A stretch of DNA of 64,000 nucleotides from an uncultured Methanosarcinaceae archaeon. Its GTDB lineage: Archaea > Halobacteriota > Methanosarcinia > Methanosarcinales > Methanosarcinaceae. The position numbers were made by a program, and so were the translations under genes. How positions within the stretch are numbered: the first letter of the stretch is position 1; each line of letters opens with the position of its first letter. The DNA lies in contig CAVTET010000003.1 of assembly GCA_963733675.1 (NCBI GenBank), positions 256,001-320,000 on the forward strand, read 5' to 3'. Under the pieces are notes generated by a model that saw only the letters and a program-made list of their open reading frames with translations, made no database searches and was not told where the DNA came from. Shown in pieces: positions 1 through 10,583 of the stretch.

Positions 1-189
1 TTCAGTTATGCGCAAATTGTGTTACAATAGGAATGAATTTCAGGGCGTTCAGAGTATATCTGCTATTTTCCATAAATTAGAACGACCACGAGTAGGATCT
101 AGATAATTGAACAATTAAAACAAATATTCTTAGTAGAAAAATTACTCTTAAAATATTCACTCATGTAATAATATTCTTATGATAAAAAA

Positions 190-725
190 ATAGGAGGAAA
201 GCTTGGAAGGGTTGTGTCTACTGTCTGCCCAGATACAATCACTTTGAATATATACAATCGCGAGTATATTTAATTCAAAATAAGACCAACTTCTTCCAAG
301 CAAGTGTACTTTCGGTTCAAATCTACTTTACCGGTTATTTATCACTTTTTTGTCTGTTCGTGCTGTCGTACAATCCATGAGGTACAACAATAATACTTAA
401 TTAGTTCCGTATTCATTTTATAATTATATGAAAAATAGTTTCTAAACAAAAAATAATCACGCATAAAATTTTTCGCAATCAAAAAACAAATAAATATTAA
501 TAATTATTTTTTACTATTTATGAGAATTTCCTTGTGCAAATCCATGCACGTTGACTACAAAATACAATTGATATCCATAAAATTATTCGATAGATGAAGA
601 TTTTTTATTATCTATGCAGTTATTATTATCTTTTTTCATTTACTAGAGATGTAATATGCAAAAACTTGTATATTCCTATATCACTCTAGAATAAACGAGT
701 TATCATAAACATAGTCAAATATTCT
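190..725 (+). repeat. Dispersed non-coding repeat family R1, copy 1
   Basis: Reverse complement aligns with 12400-12890 (e.g. TCTTATTTTGAATTAAATAT; TGCGAAAAATTTTATGCG..TTTAGAAACTA) and 56140-56410; 631-720 aligns directly with 4845-4930 (CATTTACTAGAGATGTAAT, CGAGTTATCA.AAACATAG). Confidence 0.8.
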
Positions 726-1176
726 GAAATTTCACCTCATCCTAAGCATTCATGATCTGCTACATCCTTTGGATGGAGACACCTTACAGGTAAGTTTCAT
801 CTATAGCAGTTGAGATGGCTTTTTCAACTCTTGGATACTTCTCAAAAATATACGTTTTAAAGAGGAACTCAAGGAATCAAAACTTTAATAATCCGACCTA
901 TCCATATTTGGTTCGATGATTTAGGATTTGTAGCCGTTTCTACTAATTTATATGGAATTGATTCTCATATAGCTTTTACCGCTAGATTGAAGAAGGACTT
1001 CCTCTTCCATTAAATGGTTTCAAAAAAAGTAATTAGATGGTAACTCCATCTTCCTGATCGGAAAGATAATATTTTATGAGTGAAAAAATATTATCTGTTG
1101 GCTCTATAAATTTTTTGTGATGAAAAAAAGAATACAGAGTCAATCAGATTTTTACAGAACTTTCGGTACACCATCC
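725..1176 (-). mobile_element. IS256-family remnant: left end plus degraded N-terminal part of the transposase
   Basis: Minus-strand translation across stops/frameshifts gives YYLSDQEDG..LMEEEVLLQS..FKTYIFEKYPRVEKAISTAIDETYL*GVS, resembling IS256/Mutator transposases; terminal TTTTACAGAACTT(T)CGGTA also at 5026-5043. Confidence 0.7.
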
Positions 1177-1207
1177 CAAGTTCTTTGCTGTACCACACAT
1201 AGTAATC

Positions 1208-1894
1208 CTAATTGTTAAGTTTACTTGCTTTTTCATATGTTTTTATGGATTCATCGTACCTGCCTAAATTCGCTAGAGCTGCGCCTCTGCTGTTCCAAGC
1301 ATCTGGATTTTTGGGATCAATTTCAACTGCTTTGTCATATGCTTTTAATGCTTCATCGTATTTACCTTGTTGAGAAAAAGCATCTCCTTTAGTGTTCCAA
1401 GCTTTTGAATCTTGAGGGTTAATTTCAATTGCTTTGTCATATGCTTTTATTGCCTCGTCTGACTTACCTAATCTGGATAGAGCATTTCCTTTATTGTACC
1501 AAGCATTTCCGTCCTGCGGGTTAGTTTCAATTGCTTTGTCATACGCTTTTATTGATTCATCGGATTTCTTGAAATTATCTAGTTTCTGCGAGTTCATTTT
1601 AAATGCATTTACATATGCATTTACTGCTTGATCGGTTTTATTTAAAGCTTTATCGGGTTCATTTAAATTATCTATATGTGACTCCTGGGCCATTGTTTTA
1701 CCATAGGCATTTATTGCTTCATCGATTTTATTTAAATCAGTTTGAACGTTTCCTTTATTATTCCGAATCATTGGATCTTGCGTTGCGCCTGCGATACTCA
1801 CTAGGATTAAAAAAGCCAGTACAGTGATTCCTAAAGCTGTTATGATGATACGCCTTCGACTAGCTGTATCAGATGTCACTTTTTTCAATTTCAA
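1208..1894 (-). CDS. Tetratricopeptide-repeat protein with N-terminal signal/TM segment; probably 3'-truncated
   Basis: Repeated AYDKAIEINP..AW.NKG..L...G..DEA TPR units; hydrophobic N-terminus; ends at TAG followed by TPR-like DYYVWYSKELG, then the IS256 end. Confidence 0.85.
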   Translation of the reverse strand: MKLKKVTSDTASRRRIIITALGITVLAFLILVSIAGATQDPMIRNNKGNVQTDLNKIDEAINAYGKTMAQESHIDNLNEPDKALNKTDQAVNAYVNAFKMNSQKLDNFKKSDESIKAYDKAIETNPQDGNAWYNKGNALSRLGKSDEAIKAYDKAIEINPQDSKAWNTKGDAFSQQGKYDEALKAYDKAVEIDPKNPDAWNSRGAALANLGRYDESIKTYEKASKLNN

Positions 1895-2390
1895 TCTCCT
1901 GATATTTTTTATGGATTAATAATGAAAATAACCAAACAAATTAACATTGTTAATATATCTTGCTATGAATTAAACGTTTCTACTTAAAAATTATATTTTT
2001 TATTATATTAATATAACTTCGATATTCTTTTTCTTTGTAGAACTCATCAAAACATTTAAAACCCAAGAAGTAAAATAACATTTTGAATTCAAGGTAGAAA
2101 TTAAGGAAAATGATTTTAGTCTGAGTTCAAATACAAGCCAAAAAAATTTACATTGTAAGGTTGAACATAACTATCAAAAAACAATGATGAGTCGATTTTA
2201 ACAATATTCAGAAAATATTATAAAATTTGATAGGTTCTCAATTCCTTCTTTCGTAACAAAAACAGAATTCATAATCAAATGTTATGCTGACAAAGTTTTT
2301 GTATTTCCAGTTTTCACTTAAGCATAGTTTTTGTGTCAAAATCTATGAAATTCCTCAGTTCCATCCAAAATAAGAAAAGATTGCTCATCT

Positions 2391-2449
2391 ATGACTCATG
2401 GAGCTTATGGAACTCATAGCTCATATGGAGCATATGGATCTCATATAAC
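2391..2449. repeat. Imperfect 9-bp tandem repeat (C[TA][CT]ATGGA[GA]-like, about 6 units)
   Basis: ctcatggag cttatggaa ctcatagct catatggag catatggat ctcatataa. Confidence 0.6.
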
Positions 2450-3196
2450 ACTTAAAACTAATTAAACTAAGCAACAGTTATAATAGAAAATTTTAGGAAA
2501 AAAAATAATTGTGTAGTACTTCTAAACAAAAATAAAGGCATTAATAAATTGAATCATAAAGTTAATTTTTTGGCATCATAATCTCATTTATCAAATATTT
2601 CTATTTGCTTGCTTCAGTAGAAAAAATTTCTTAATATGTTTTATAATACTATTTACATTTTTATATCTGGATATCAGTGGAATATCGACCTTTCATCCCC
2701 AAAAATTTCTTGCATGGCGTGGGATAAGGACTAATTACAGAGAACACTATTTAGCCAAATTATCAATATATAGAATATATCTAAAAAAATAAATCAGGTC
2801 ATATTCAGCGACTTTAGTATGATTCATAAATGCACTATAACAAAGATCCCGAAATAAACTGTTTTAGTGTAATTATGTGTCTGAAAGCAAAAAATTGTCG
2901 TGGAGCTATCTAACATATAATTTACCAAGCTGCAGGTATCCCTACCGTTTTAATATAGTTATGTTTCTGGCAGTGAAAAACTGCTATGTAGCTCTCCGGC
3001 AGATAACGAGTGCAGTTGAGCAAAGTGTGTTTTAAGATGAAACATCAGCTGGCTAATCGCAAACGATCCAAAATTCTAATTTAATTAATAAAATTTGTAA
3101 AAATTGGTTTTTAGTCAAGGCAAATTTTGAAAAAACGCTTTTGTACATAAAATGCTTTGGAGTACACAGATTTGAGATATTAATTACTTAACCAAA

Positions 3197-3281
3197 TGCG
3201 GGGGGTGGGATTCGAACCCACGAATTCCTTCGAAGCCAGATCTTAAGTCTGGCGCCTTTGACCTAGCTGGGCAACCCTCGC
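3197..3281 (-). tRNA. tRNA-Leu(TAA), long variable arm
   Basis: GCGAGGG..GGTCAAAGGCG CCAGA-CTTAAGA-TCTGG..GTGGG-TTCGAAT-CCCAC CCCCCGC A; cloverleaf with one A4:C69 acceptor mismatch; no encoded CCA. Confidence 0.92.
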
Positions 3282-3385
3282 AAATTGAAGAGTATATTTT
3301 GATTTTTGCCTGCCCTGAAATCTCCTAACTTTTTTTCATTATGTTTGAAATTATCTCAACATATTATTTAATCCAATATGTTGTT

Positions 3386-3427
3386 TCTTAAATCTGGTTC
3401 CTTTGACCAGATCAACCAACCCTCACA
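3386..3427 (-). pseudogene. Degenerate 5' half of a tRNA-Leu(TAA)
   Basis: GTGAGGGTTGGTTGATCTGGTCAAAGGAACCAGATTTAAGA parallels the first 41 nt of the adjacent tRNA and stops at the end of the anticodon loop. Confidence 0.6.
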
Positions 3428-3521
3428 CTTCATAACAAGCATATCGCTTTTAATGCAAATGACTCATTATATAGACATGTTTTAAATAAAGTTAAATTAT
3501 TTAAAGCTTATTCTTTACCTT

Positions 3522-4277
3522 ATGGAAATTATATTTCTTGGAACTGGAGTGGCGATCCCAGAACGTGGTCGAGTACAGTCCGGAGTGCTAGTGAGGCTTG
3601 AGGAAAAACCACTGCTAATTGATTGCGGAAGTGGTGTATTAAGCAGATTTTCTGAAGCTGAAATTTTACACACTAAGGTAGATACTGTACTGCTCTCACA
3701 CCTTCATCTAGATCATGTAGCTGACTTGCTGTGCCTTCTGAAGGCAAATTGGCTATGTGGAAAGACCGATATGAGAATATATGGGCCTGAAAGAACAAAA
3801 GAATGGTTTTCAAGGGTACTTGGAGCTTATGATTATATTCTGGATAAAGTAGATGTAGAAGTTATTGAACTCTTTCCTGGAAAAGACTTTACTCCCGAAG
3901 GCTTCGACTGTGAGGTCAGTTGTACATCAACAAGGCACAGCATTCCGAATCTGGCTTACCGTGTAGCTGCAGAAGATGGAGAATTTGTGTACTCTGGAGA
4001 CACTGAGCCATGCAGAAATGTAATGGACCTTGCAGCTGAAGCCGATCTCCTGATTCATGAATGCTCATTCCCTTCAGGCATGGAAGTCACAAACCATACG
4101 ACTCCTATTACACTTGCAGAAATTCTAGAAGAATTTGAAAGTGAGATCGGAAGCATTTGCCTTACCCATTTCTATCCAAACATGCGAGGGCATGAAAAAG
4201 AGGCAACATACCGCCTTAAAGGGTATTTCGAAGGAGAAGTGATTTTTGCTGAAGATCTTATGAAACTCGAAATGTGA
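3522..4277 (+). CDS. Metallo-beta-lactamase fold hydrolase, RNase Z/ElaC-like
   Basis: FLGTG, LIDCG, SHLHLDH, YSGDT, LIHECS, LTHF motifs. Confidence 0.88.
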   Translation: MEIIFLGTGVAIPERGRVQSGVLVRLEEKPLLIDCGSGVLSRFSEAEILHTKVDTVLLSHLHLDHVADLLCLLKANWLCGKTDMRIYGPERTKEWFSRVLGAYDYILDKVDVEVIELFPGKDFTPEGFDCEVSCTSTRHSIPNLAYRVAAEDGEFVYSGDTEPCRNVMDLAAEADLLIHECSFPSGMEVTNHTTPITLAEILEEFESEIGSICLTHFYPNMRGHEKEATYRLKGYFEGEVIFAEDLMKLEM

Positions 4278-4779
4278 CAGAATTACAGCTGTAAAAATAA
4301 GCTTTTATTGTTGAGATGAGGAAACCCGAAGAAGAATTACCACATTCTTCAAAATCCTCTGACTTAAAACTCTCAAATTAATTCCTATGCACTTTTTCAA
4401 AGTAAATTCCTCTACTTATTTTCAGCTATTTTCATGAAAATTAAATTGTTTGACGTAACACTTGAACATCTTCTCATTAGTATGCTTGCATGCAAATTTT
4501 TAGTCCATCTTCTTTTCCCGTCCATCTCTTCGCTCCGCCCATGCAACCACTTCATAAGTAAGAATAATTGGTATCTTTACACTTCTTTTTTTCATGGTAT
4601 CAGAATAAAAAGAGATCATACTTAAAAAGATTAGATTTTTTTGGAGAGATCTGTTAACTATATACATTATTATACATATGTATCCGTTCAAAATAATTGA
4701 GAAAAACAGAATTTTTTGATCTCAAAATATACAACAATGCATACTAGAAAATTGAATCTTATAAAACAATTTTCTCGAA

Positions 4780-4932
4780 ATTGTCGTAATTCAAAATTGA
4801 TATCTTAGGGTTCATTATGAATTGTCTATGTGTTTCTTATACTTTTTTCACATTTACTAGAGATGTAATTGATAAAAATTTGTACATGGCTATAAGTAAT
4901 AGAATCATCGAGTTATCAAAAACATAGGCAAC
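4780..4932 (+). repeat. R1 family, partial copy 2
   Basis: Direct similarity to about 555-720. Confidence 0.7.
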
Positions 4933-4934
4933 GT

Positions 4935-5050
4935 TCATCGATATAAATGTGGAATGGATCACAGTAATTAAGTATATAGTTATGGAACAGTAATCAGAAA
5001 AGAAGACTAAGGAATAGATAACAAATTTTACAGAACTTCGGTATACAGCC
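4935..5050 (+). mobile_element. IS256-family right-end remnant
   Basis: IDINVEWITVIKYIVMEQ* resembles the IS256 transposase C-terminus, followed by TTTTACAGAACTTCGGTATAC matching the end at 1150-1176. Confidence 0.6.
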
Positions 5051-5227
5051 AACTCTTTTTTCAAAACAATCTATTTCAGCATCTAACTATTTGATTCCCA
5101 TATAAAACCATTACTAATTTGTTAAAGTTTTCCCGACAAATTTAATTTTTAAGTGAACTATAAAGATCAAAATTTAACTTTTTTATTTTGATTAGCTTAG
5201 ATGATCTGGCTGATAACTTATAGTAAA

Positions 5228-5405
5228 AATTGATCTTGTTAGTTGCAGGTGAGGAAATGTCTGCAACCCACCGGAAAATCTACTTCAATGTACTGGAATA
5301 TCTATAGACTAGAAATAAATTTAATGTGTTATATATTTTAATATATATACAAAATAGTAATGACTTAAACTAATTAGTACACGAATTGGTGGTCCTGATC
5401 CCACA
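5228..5405 (-). ncRNA. R2 module copy A: palindrome + TATA promoter + candidate ~80-nt structured RNA
   Basis: Homologous to 14049-14245 and 30328-30505; hairpin GGTTGCAG/CTGCAACT on minus strand, then T-tract. The repeat is clear; RNA function is inferred. Confidence 0.5.
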
Positions 5406-5711
5406 CACTATGATATCAATTCTTTGGGATGAAGATTGCTATTCAACTGATACCCAGATGTAAAAATGTAAACAGTATGACAAAGCAAGTAAACAATTCA
5501 GCATCAAGAGGAATTCCCAATATATTGATCACTCTGAAAAAACAAAAAAATTATATAGCTAAACAACTGGCAACCAAGAAAAAGCTAGAAAAACAACGAG
5601 AGAAAGGGAAAAAGAAGAAACAAAAAAACACTAAGATCAATGACAAATGAAATAAAAAAAGGCGCCGAAATCATTAAAAAGAAACATAATAGAATAAAAA
5701 TAAAAAACACA

Positions 5712-6182
5712 AATCAAAGTTGAGCTGGTGCACCCCGCTGTAGGCAACGGGGTATGTTCGCGCCACCGCTCTGGTTGTAATGGCTATTAAAAATCGAGTA
5801 TTTTCATTTGCTGATATGCTTCTTTTTCTTCCCTACTCTTTATAATTTGCATGACTTTTGAAGGAGAATACTTTGGTTCAGCTCCAACAAAAAGATGTAC
5901 ATGATCACCATCACTACCAATTACCTCAAACTCAAAACAGTATCTTTCACTAATTTCAAAGCATAAGTTTTTCAAAAAGTTGATGAGTTCTGTCCCTAAA
6001 AAAAGATTTTTACGGTACTTCAAACAAAAAACCATGTGATATCTTATTTTATATACACAATGGTTTGCACGTCTTAGTTCCATTTACAGTACAAATGTAG
6101 TAAAAAATATAAATTTATTATTTAACAACGGTTATCGGGAAGTTTTCCATCCTCGCAGCAAGCTGCGGGGTATTCGACTGAA
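5712..6182 (-). mobile_element. tnpA: IS200-type element (tnpA only), internally deleted copy 1; ORF 5787-6083
   Basis: YHMVFCLKYR and DHVHLF HUH motifs; subterminal hairpins (CCTCGCAGC-AA-GCTGCGGGG at the left end); in-frame ~150-bp deletion relative to full-length copies. Confidence 0.92.
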
Positions 6183-7021
6183 ATAAAAAGGGATTTGAAT
6201 ATATTGAATTTGTCACAAGAACTTCATACTTTCATTTAAAATAATTTATTTCATATTTAATAACAATAACCAGTGAGATTTTTTTAGGGAACTTACATTC
6301 CGATATACTAATTATTGAATTAACAATGGGAATAATTATAAAAAGTTATGGCCAGTTGAACCTCATCATTAAGGAAAATCATAAGCTTTTCTGAATCGAA
6401 ATTGTGATTAATATGGAATAACTCTGTGAGTGCAGAATAAAATTAGATACATGAATTGCGGAGAAATTTGTCGCTGAGTTTGATAAATTGTTTTAGACCT
6501 AAACAATATAAAATTCGCAACTCTATGAAAGAATAAGTAAGATAAAAGAGAAAAAGGAAAGTAAGCTGATGATTCTGGCTTTGCCAGAAATTTCTTTGTA
6601 TAACAGCGCAAGAGAGTTAGTATTAAGAGTAAAAGTAAGAAAAAGATACGTCCGCGTTTAAAATATGATTGAGAAAGAGACCAAAGTAAAACATATTCAT
6701 TACAATTGTTATGAGGGCACAAAATTTGGTAAATGCATATGATTGCTTCTTTGATATAGTGATCAGTACATATGATATACTTATCTCTGCATCAACTAAT
6801 CAAAAAAATAAATGCCTGAAATGTAAAGTGAAGAGCTTTCTACTTAACTTGAAGAGGAGACCTTATTTCAGCTAATCTATGGACTTCAGCTCAAGTTACC
6901 ACATATAATTTATAATTTTTGGAAATATATTCTGTTCAATTTATATTGCTTAAAATTAGAATATTAATCACTTAAGCTTAGTATTTTTAATTTTTAGTTG
7001 AGACAAAAAGGAGATTATTAT

Positions 7022-7753
7022 ATGAAAATAACAGTGTTCAGTGGGAGCCATAAAGGCAAAAATGGAAATACTCTCAGCATGGTTGAGGAATTTCTGAATG
7101 GGGCAGAAGAAGCCGGGGCAGATACTGAGAATATCATCCTTGCTGAGAAAAATATAAGATACTGCAAGGGAAAATTCGAATGCTGGCTCAAGACGCCTGG
7201 AAGATGTGCCATCCACGATGACATGGACGACCTACTTCCCAGGTTCCTGGAATCGGATATTGTTGTTTTTGCCTGCCCTGTATACTTTGACAATGTTCCA
7301 GCTATAATGAAAAACTTCATAGACAGACTTTCACCTGTCCTTTTACCTCATTTTGAGGAAGATGAAAAAGGTGAGTATAGGCATGCAAAACGCTATGAGA
7401 AATTTCCGAAAATACTTGTTATTTCGAATGCCGGTCTACCTGGTCAGAAAAATTTTGAAGTTGAAAGCCTTTTTTTCAGGAGGCTCGCAAGAACCTTTCA
7501 CACAAAACTTATTGGCGAAATCTACAGAGGAGAAGGGGAAATTTTCAGGGGCAAAGACAATATCATGCTAAAACCATTACTAGGTAAGTATAAAAATTAC
7601 CTTCGAAGTGCTGGCAAAGAGATCGTCGAAAGCCACAACCTTTCTGAAAAAATGATTAAAGATCTCGAAAAACCAATTTTACCTCCAAGCTTATATATAA
7701 AATTCGGAAACGATGAATGGGATCGACTGCTTGATGAAGATAGGGTCGATTGA
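7022..7753 (+). CDS. Flavodoxin-family / iron-sulfur flavoprotein (NADPH-dependent FMN reductase-like)
   Basis: MKITVFSGS..GNT, CKGKFECWLKTPGRC..HDDM, PVYF..VPA.MKNFIDR; start placed at ATG 7022. Confidence 0.85.
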   Translation: MKITVFSGSHKGKNGNTLSMVEEFLNGAEEAGADTENIILAEKNIRYCKGKFECWLKTPGRCAIHDDMDDLLPRFLESDIVVFACPVYFDNVPAIMKNFIDRLSPVLLPHFEEDEKGEYRHAKRYEKFPKILVISNAGLPGQKNFEVESLFFRRLARTFHTKLIGEIYRGEGEIFRGKDNIMLKPLLGKYKNYLRSAGKEIVESHNLSEKMIKDLEKPILPPSLYIKFGNDEWDRLLDEDRVD

Positions 7754-8074
7754 GAAGAACTACGAAAGATAAAAGAAACTTGGTGTGGATAACCAAGAAT
7801 TAATGTGAAAAATTCAGATGTTAGTTGATAGATAAACCTGTAACATCTTATTACTAGCTAAAGCAAAAGGAAGAAACTGTTTTGGTCACCTTGAAACACA
7901 CATTCTAAGGATGTACACAGATGCAGAATTAATTTGCTTATTTGGCCATTATTAATTCATTGAAAGTTATATTAATTTTTTTTATCTACTGTCACATTAA
8001 AAAATGGATGTCATTCATCTGTACATATGTGGAAAGTGTGTGGAAACGTCTTAGCTATTTCTTTAATTAATCTT

Positions 8075-9835
8075 TTAATCAACTTCTGGCATAGCCTCTA
8101 TCAGATCTTCCAGACTGTGTTTCAAATAAGGAGCATTGCTCCTGTTGATCAATTCCTGACAGATCTCAATCGGATTCCCGGCCATTACAATTGCTCCTTT
8201 TTCGATCATCACAACTCTATGGGCAACTTCCCGAACGAAGTCCATATGGTGACTCACAAGCACAATGGTCATGTTGAAGCGTTCATTGATCCTTTTTAAA
8301 GAATTTGTGATCTCCCTGAGAGTTACAGGGTCAAGGTCTCCAAACGGTTCATCAAGCATTAAGTACTCTGGAGATGTCGAAAGGCTCAGGGCAATAAAAG
8401 CTCGAACATGCTCGCCTCCACTGATCTGGGAAGGAGTTTTGTCAAGCACGTCCATTGACAGATCAAGGGCTTCAAAGACTGGCTTCGCATATGTGTCAAC
8501 ATCATTTAGCGGAACTATGGGAAAAAGTTCAAAATAAATGGTATTATTTAGGTTCAACTCCTGCAATGCAGTTGCTTTTTCTTCTTCAGGCATATCTGAC
8601 AACCTGTACACAATATCAAGAGTCTCATCAGAGAGCCCCATTTCCAAGGCTTTATTCCTTGCGTATTCGATTGCACTTTTATTTTTGATACTTAACCTAA
8701 ATCGAATCTGATCTCTAACTGTGGAGTTAACTGACATGGAAAATTCCTGATTCATGATGCTCATAATCCTACGGAGCTCCATTCGCTTCTTGCTATATTC
8801 GGTAACTTCTACCCAGTCTCCATTGCATAAATAATCTACAGTCCCGAGATTTGGCTTAACAAGCCCTTCTATAAGTTTCATAATTGTTGTTTTTCCAGCT
8901 CCAGAAGAGCCAATAAAAGCTAGAATCTCACCCTTATAGACATCGAAAGATAAATTTTTGATGTTAAGGACTTCTCCCATGCGGATGATGGAATAACGTT
9001 TTGAAATTTCCTTTACTCTTATACAAATTTCCTTATTTTCAAGCTTTGTAAGCTCTTCCTTCGGCTTCATATCTATAAGGAAATTTTTAAGCACACTTAA
9101 TGGTTTTCCTTCAGCTGCTATTTTTCCGTTTTCAAGAAAAATGAGCCTGTCAGCAAGATAGGCATGGATTTCCGGAAGGTGAGATACTACTATAATTGCT
9201 ATTTTCAAGTTCGCTTTTAGGTTTTTAATTATATCAAGCACTTCCTGCTTCGTATCAGGCCCTGTCATTGTGACAGGCTCATCCAGAAGAAGGACTCTGG
9301 GCTTTGCAGCAAGTTGCCTTGCCATTACAATTCTCTGTTTTTCCCCTCCACTTAGGAGGTTAGTTGAATGTAGAGCTTTGTGCTCTAGGCCAACAAGTTT
9401 CAGATATTCTATTGCCTCTTCAAAAAGTTCATCGTACTCATTAGTTATACTATGTGGAATATGTTCATTATTTGGAAGGGCTTCATGCCCCACTTTAAGG
9501 TAATTTAGTTTTCGGATTATATTTTCAATTGCAGGCCCGTTCCATAGACTGAAATTTCGCTGGAGATGTATTGCCGTTACGCTTTTGAGGAACTTTTCTC
9601 CTTCGATACCAGAAGTTGGTGTTACAATTTTTCCGTCTATTTCCACAGTACCTTCTTGAAACGGTTCCACCCCACGAATGATACGAAGAAGCGTGGATTT
9701 CCCGCTTCCGCTTCGACCTGTAATCCCAAGGATTTCACCATCCTCCACTTTGAGGTCAATATGGTCCAATACCCTTATGCTTTTGGAACACACATCATAA
9801 ATTTTTACTAAGTTGGAAATCTTGAGCATAATCAC
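8075..9835 (-). CDS. Dual-domain ABC ATPase, methyl-CoM reductase component A2 (AtwA)-like paralog
   Basis: Two Walker A (GRSGSGKS, GSSGAGKT), signatures LSGGEKQR and ISGGEHVR, Walker B LDEP twice; no TM segments, no adjacent permease. Confidence 0.8.
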   Translation of the reverse strand: MIMLKISNLVKIYDVCSKSIRVLDHIDLKVEDGEILGITGRSGSGKSTLLRIIRGVEPFQEGTVEIDGKIVTPTSGIEGEKFLKSVTAIHLQRNFSLWNGPAIENIIRKLNYLKVGHEALPNNEHIPHSITNEYDELFEEAIEYLKLVGLEHKALHSTNLLSGGEKQRIVMARQLAAKPRVLLLDEPVTMTGPDTKQEVLDIIKNLKANLKIAIIVVSHLPEIHAYLADRLIFLENGKIAAEGKPLSVLKNFLIDMKPKEELTKLENKEICIRVKEISKRYSIIRMGEVLNIKNLSFDVYKGEILAFIGSSGAGKTTIMKLIEGLVKPNLGTVDYLCNGDWVEVTEYSKKRMELRRIMSIMNQEFSMSVNSTVRDQIRFRLSIKNKSAIEYARNKALEMGLSDETLDIVYRLSDMPEEEKATALQELNLNNTIYFELFPIVPLNDVDTYAKPVFEALDLSMDVLDKTPSQISGGEHVRAFIALSLSTSPEYLMLDEPFGDLDPVTLREITNSLKRINERFNMTIVLVSHHMDFVREVAHRVVMIEKGAIVMAGNPIEICQELINRSNAPYLKHSLEDLIEAMPEVD

Positions 9836-10583
9836 ATCTCTTAGTGTTGATTGAAAGTTAACACTGAATCCTTTAATCTGAAGGGAAATTATGATACTGC
9901 ATCCTTCATCATTTTCTGATCGTTGTGATACACATGGGTAATGCAGTTATACTAAATGAATTTATTCAAAAATGCAAAAATTGTGATATGATTGACTTAA
10001 CAATTGAAAATAATAACGGTTTCTTGATTCAGTTATTGAATGGACACAATACAGATAAATCACGGTTAAATTAGCTATTAAACATATCTTGACACTTGAA
10101 ATCCATAAATTTCAGTGAACTGATGATATATGTGGTAATCAGACACGAAAAATATAACTAAAGAACAACATTATGAAAAATTTTTACTTCGGTTTTCCTG
10201 AAATGGAAAACCCAACGGAAAAGAATACATAAATACTGCAAATTTCAACTTCATCATAAATCTAAAAACTCATCGTTTCAGGTCTTAGTACTCAAAATCG
10301 GAATTAATTCTTTTTTTATACGAATAAAGTTGCAGAAAAGGAGAATTTTTAATCATCTTAATTGGAAACATTACGTTAAATGAATATAATTCAGTAGGCA
10401 CAATTCTAAGGGAAAAACTGGCTCAAGGAAGATTCAAGTTGTGTATTCTATGTCTTATTTAAGGCAGTGGATCGAATGTCACCCAATTTCCGAACTCTAT
10501 TAACAAACTTTATCTATCTAGAGAAATAGTGCCATATATAGTAGCTAGCTGAAGGTAGTGTTCAAAAAACATAGAGAATCTAC

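Noticed and set aside
2896-3003. Possible MITE with GAGCTA-containing inverted ends
   Set aside because: Only about two-thirds identity over 21 bp and no second copy
725-5050. IS256 composite transposon around TPR/tRNA/RNase Z-like genes
   Set aside because: The fragments are on opposite strands and their ends do not enclose the interval as an inverted pair
5429-5650. Lys-rich 73-aa ORF right of R2 copy A
   Set aside because: Low-complexity A-rich sequence with no counterpart beside copies B or C
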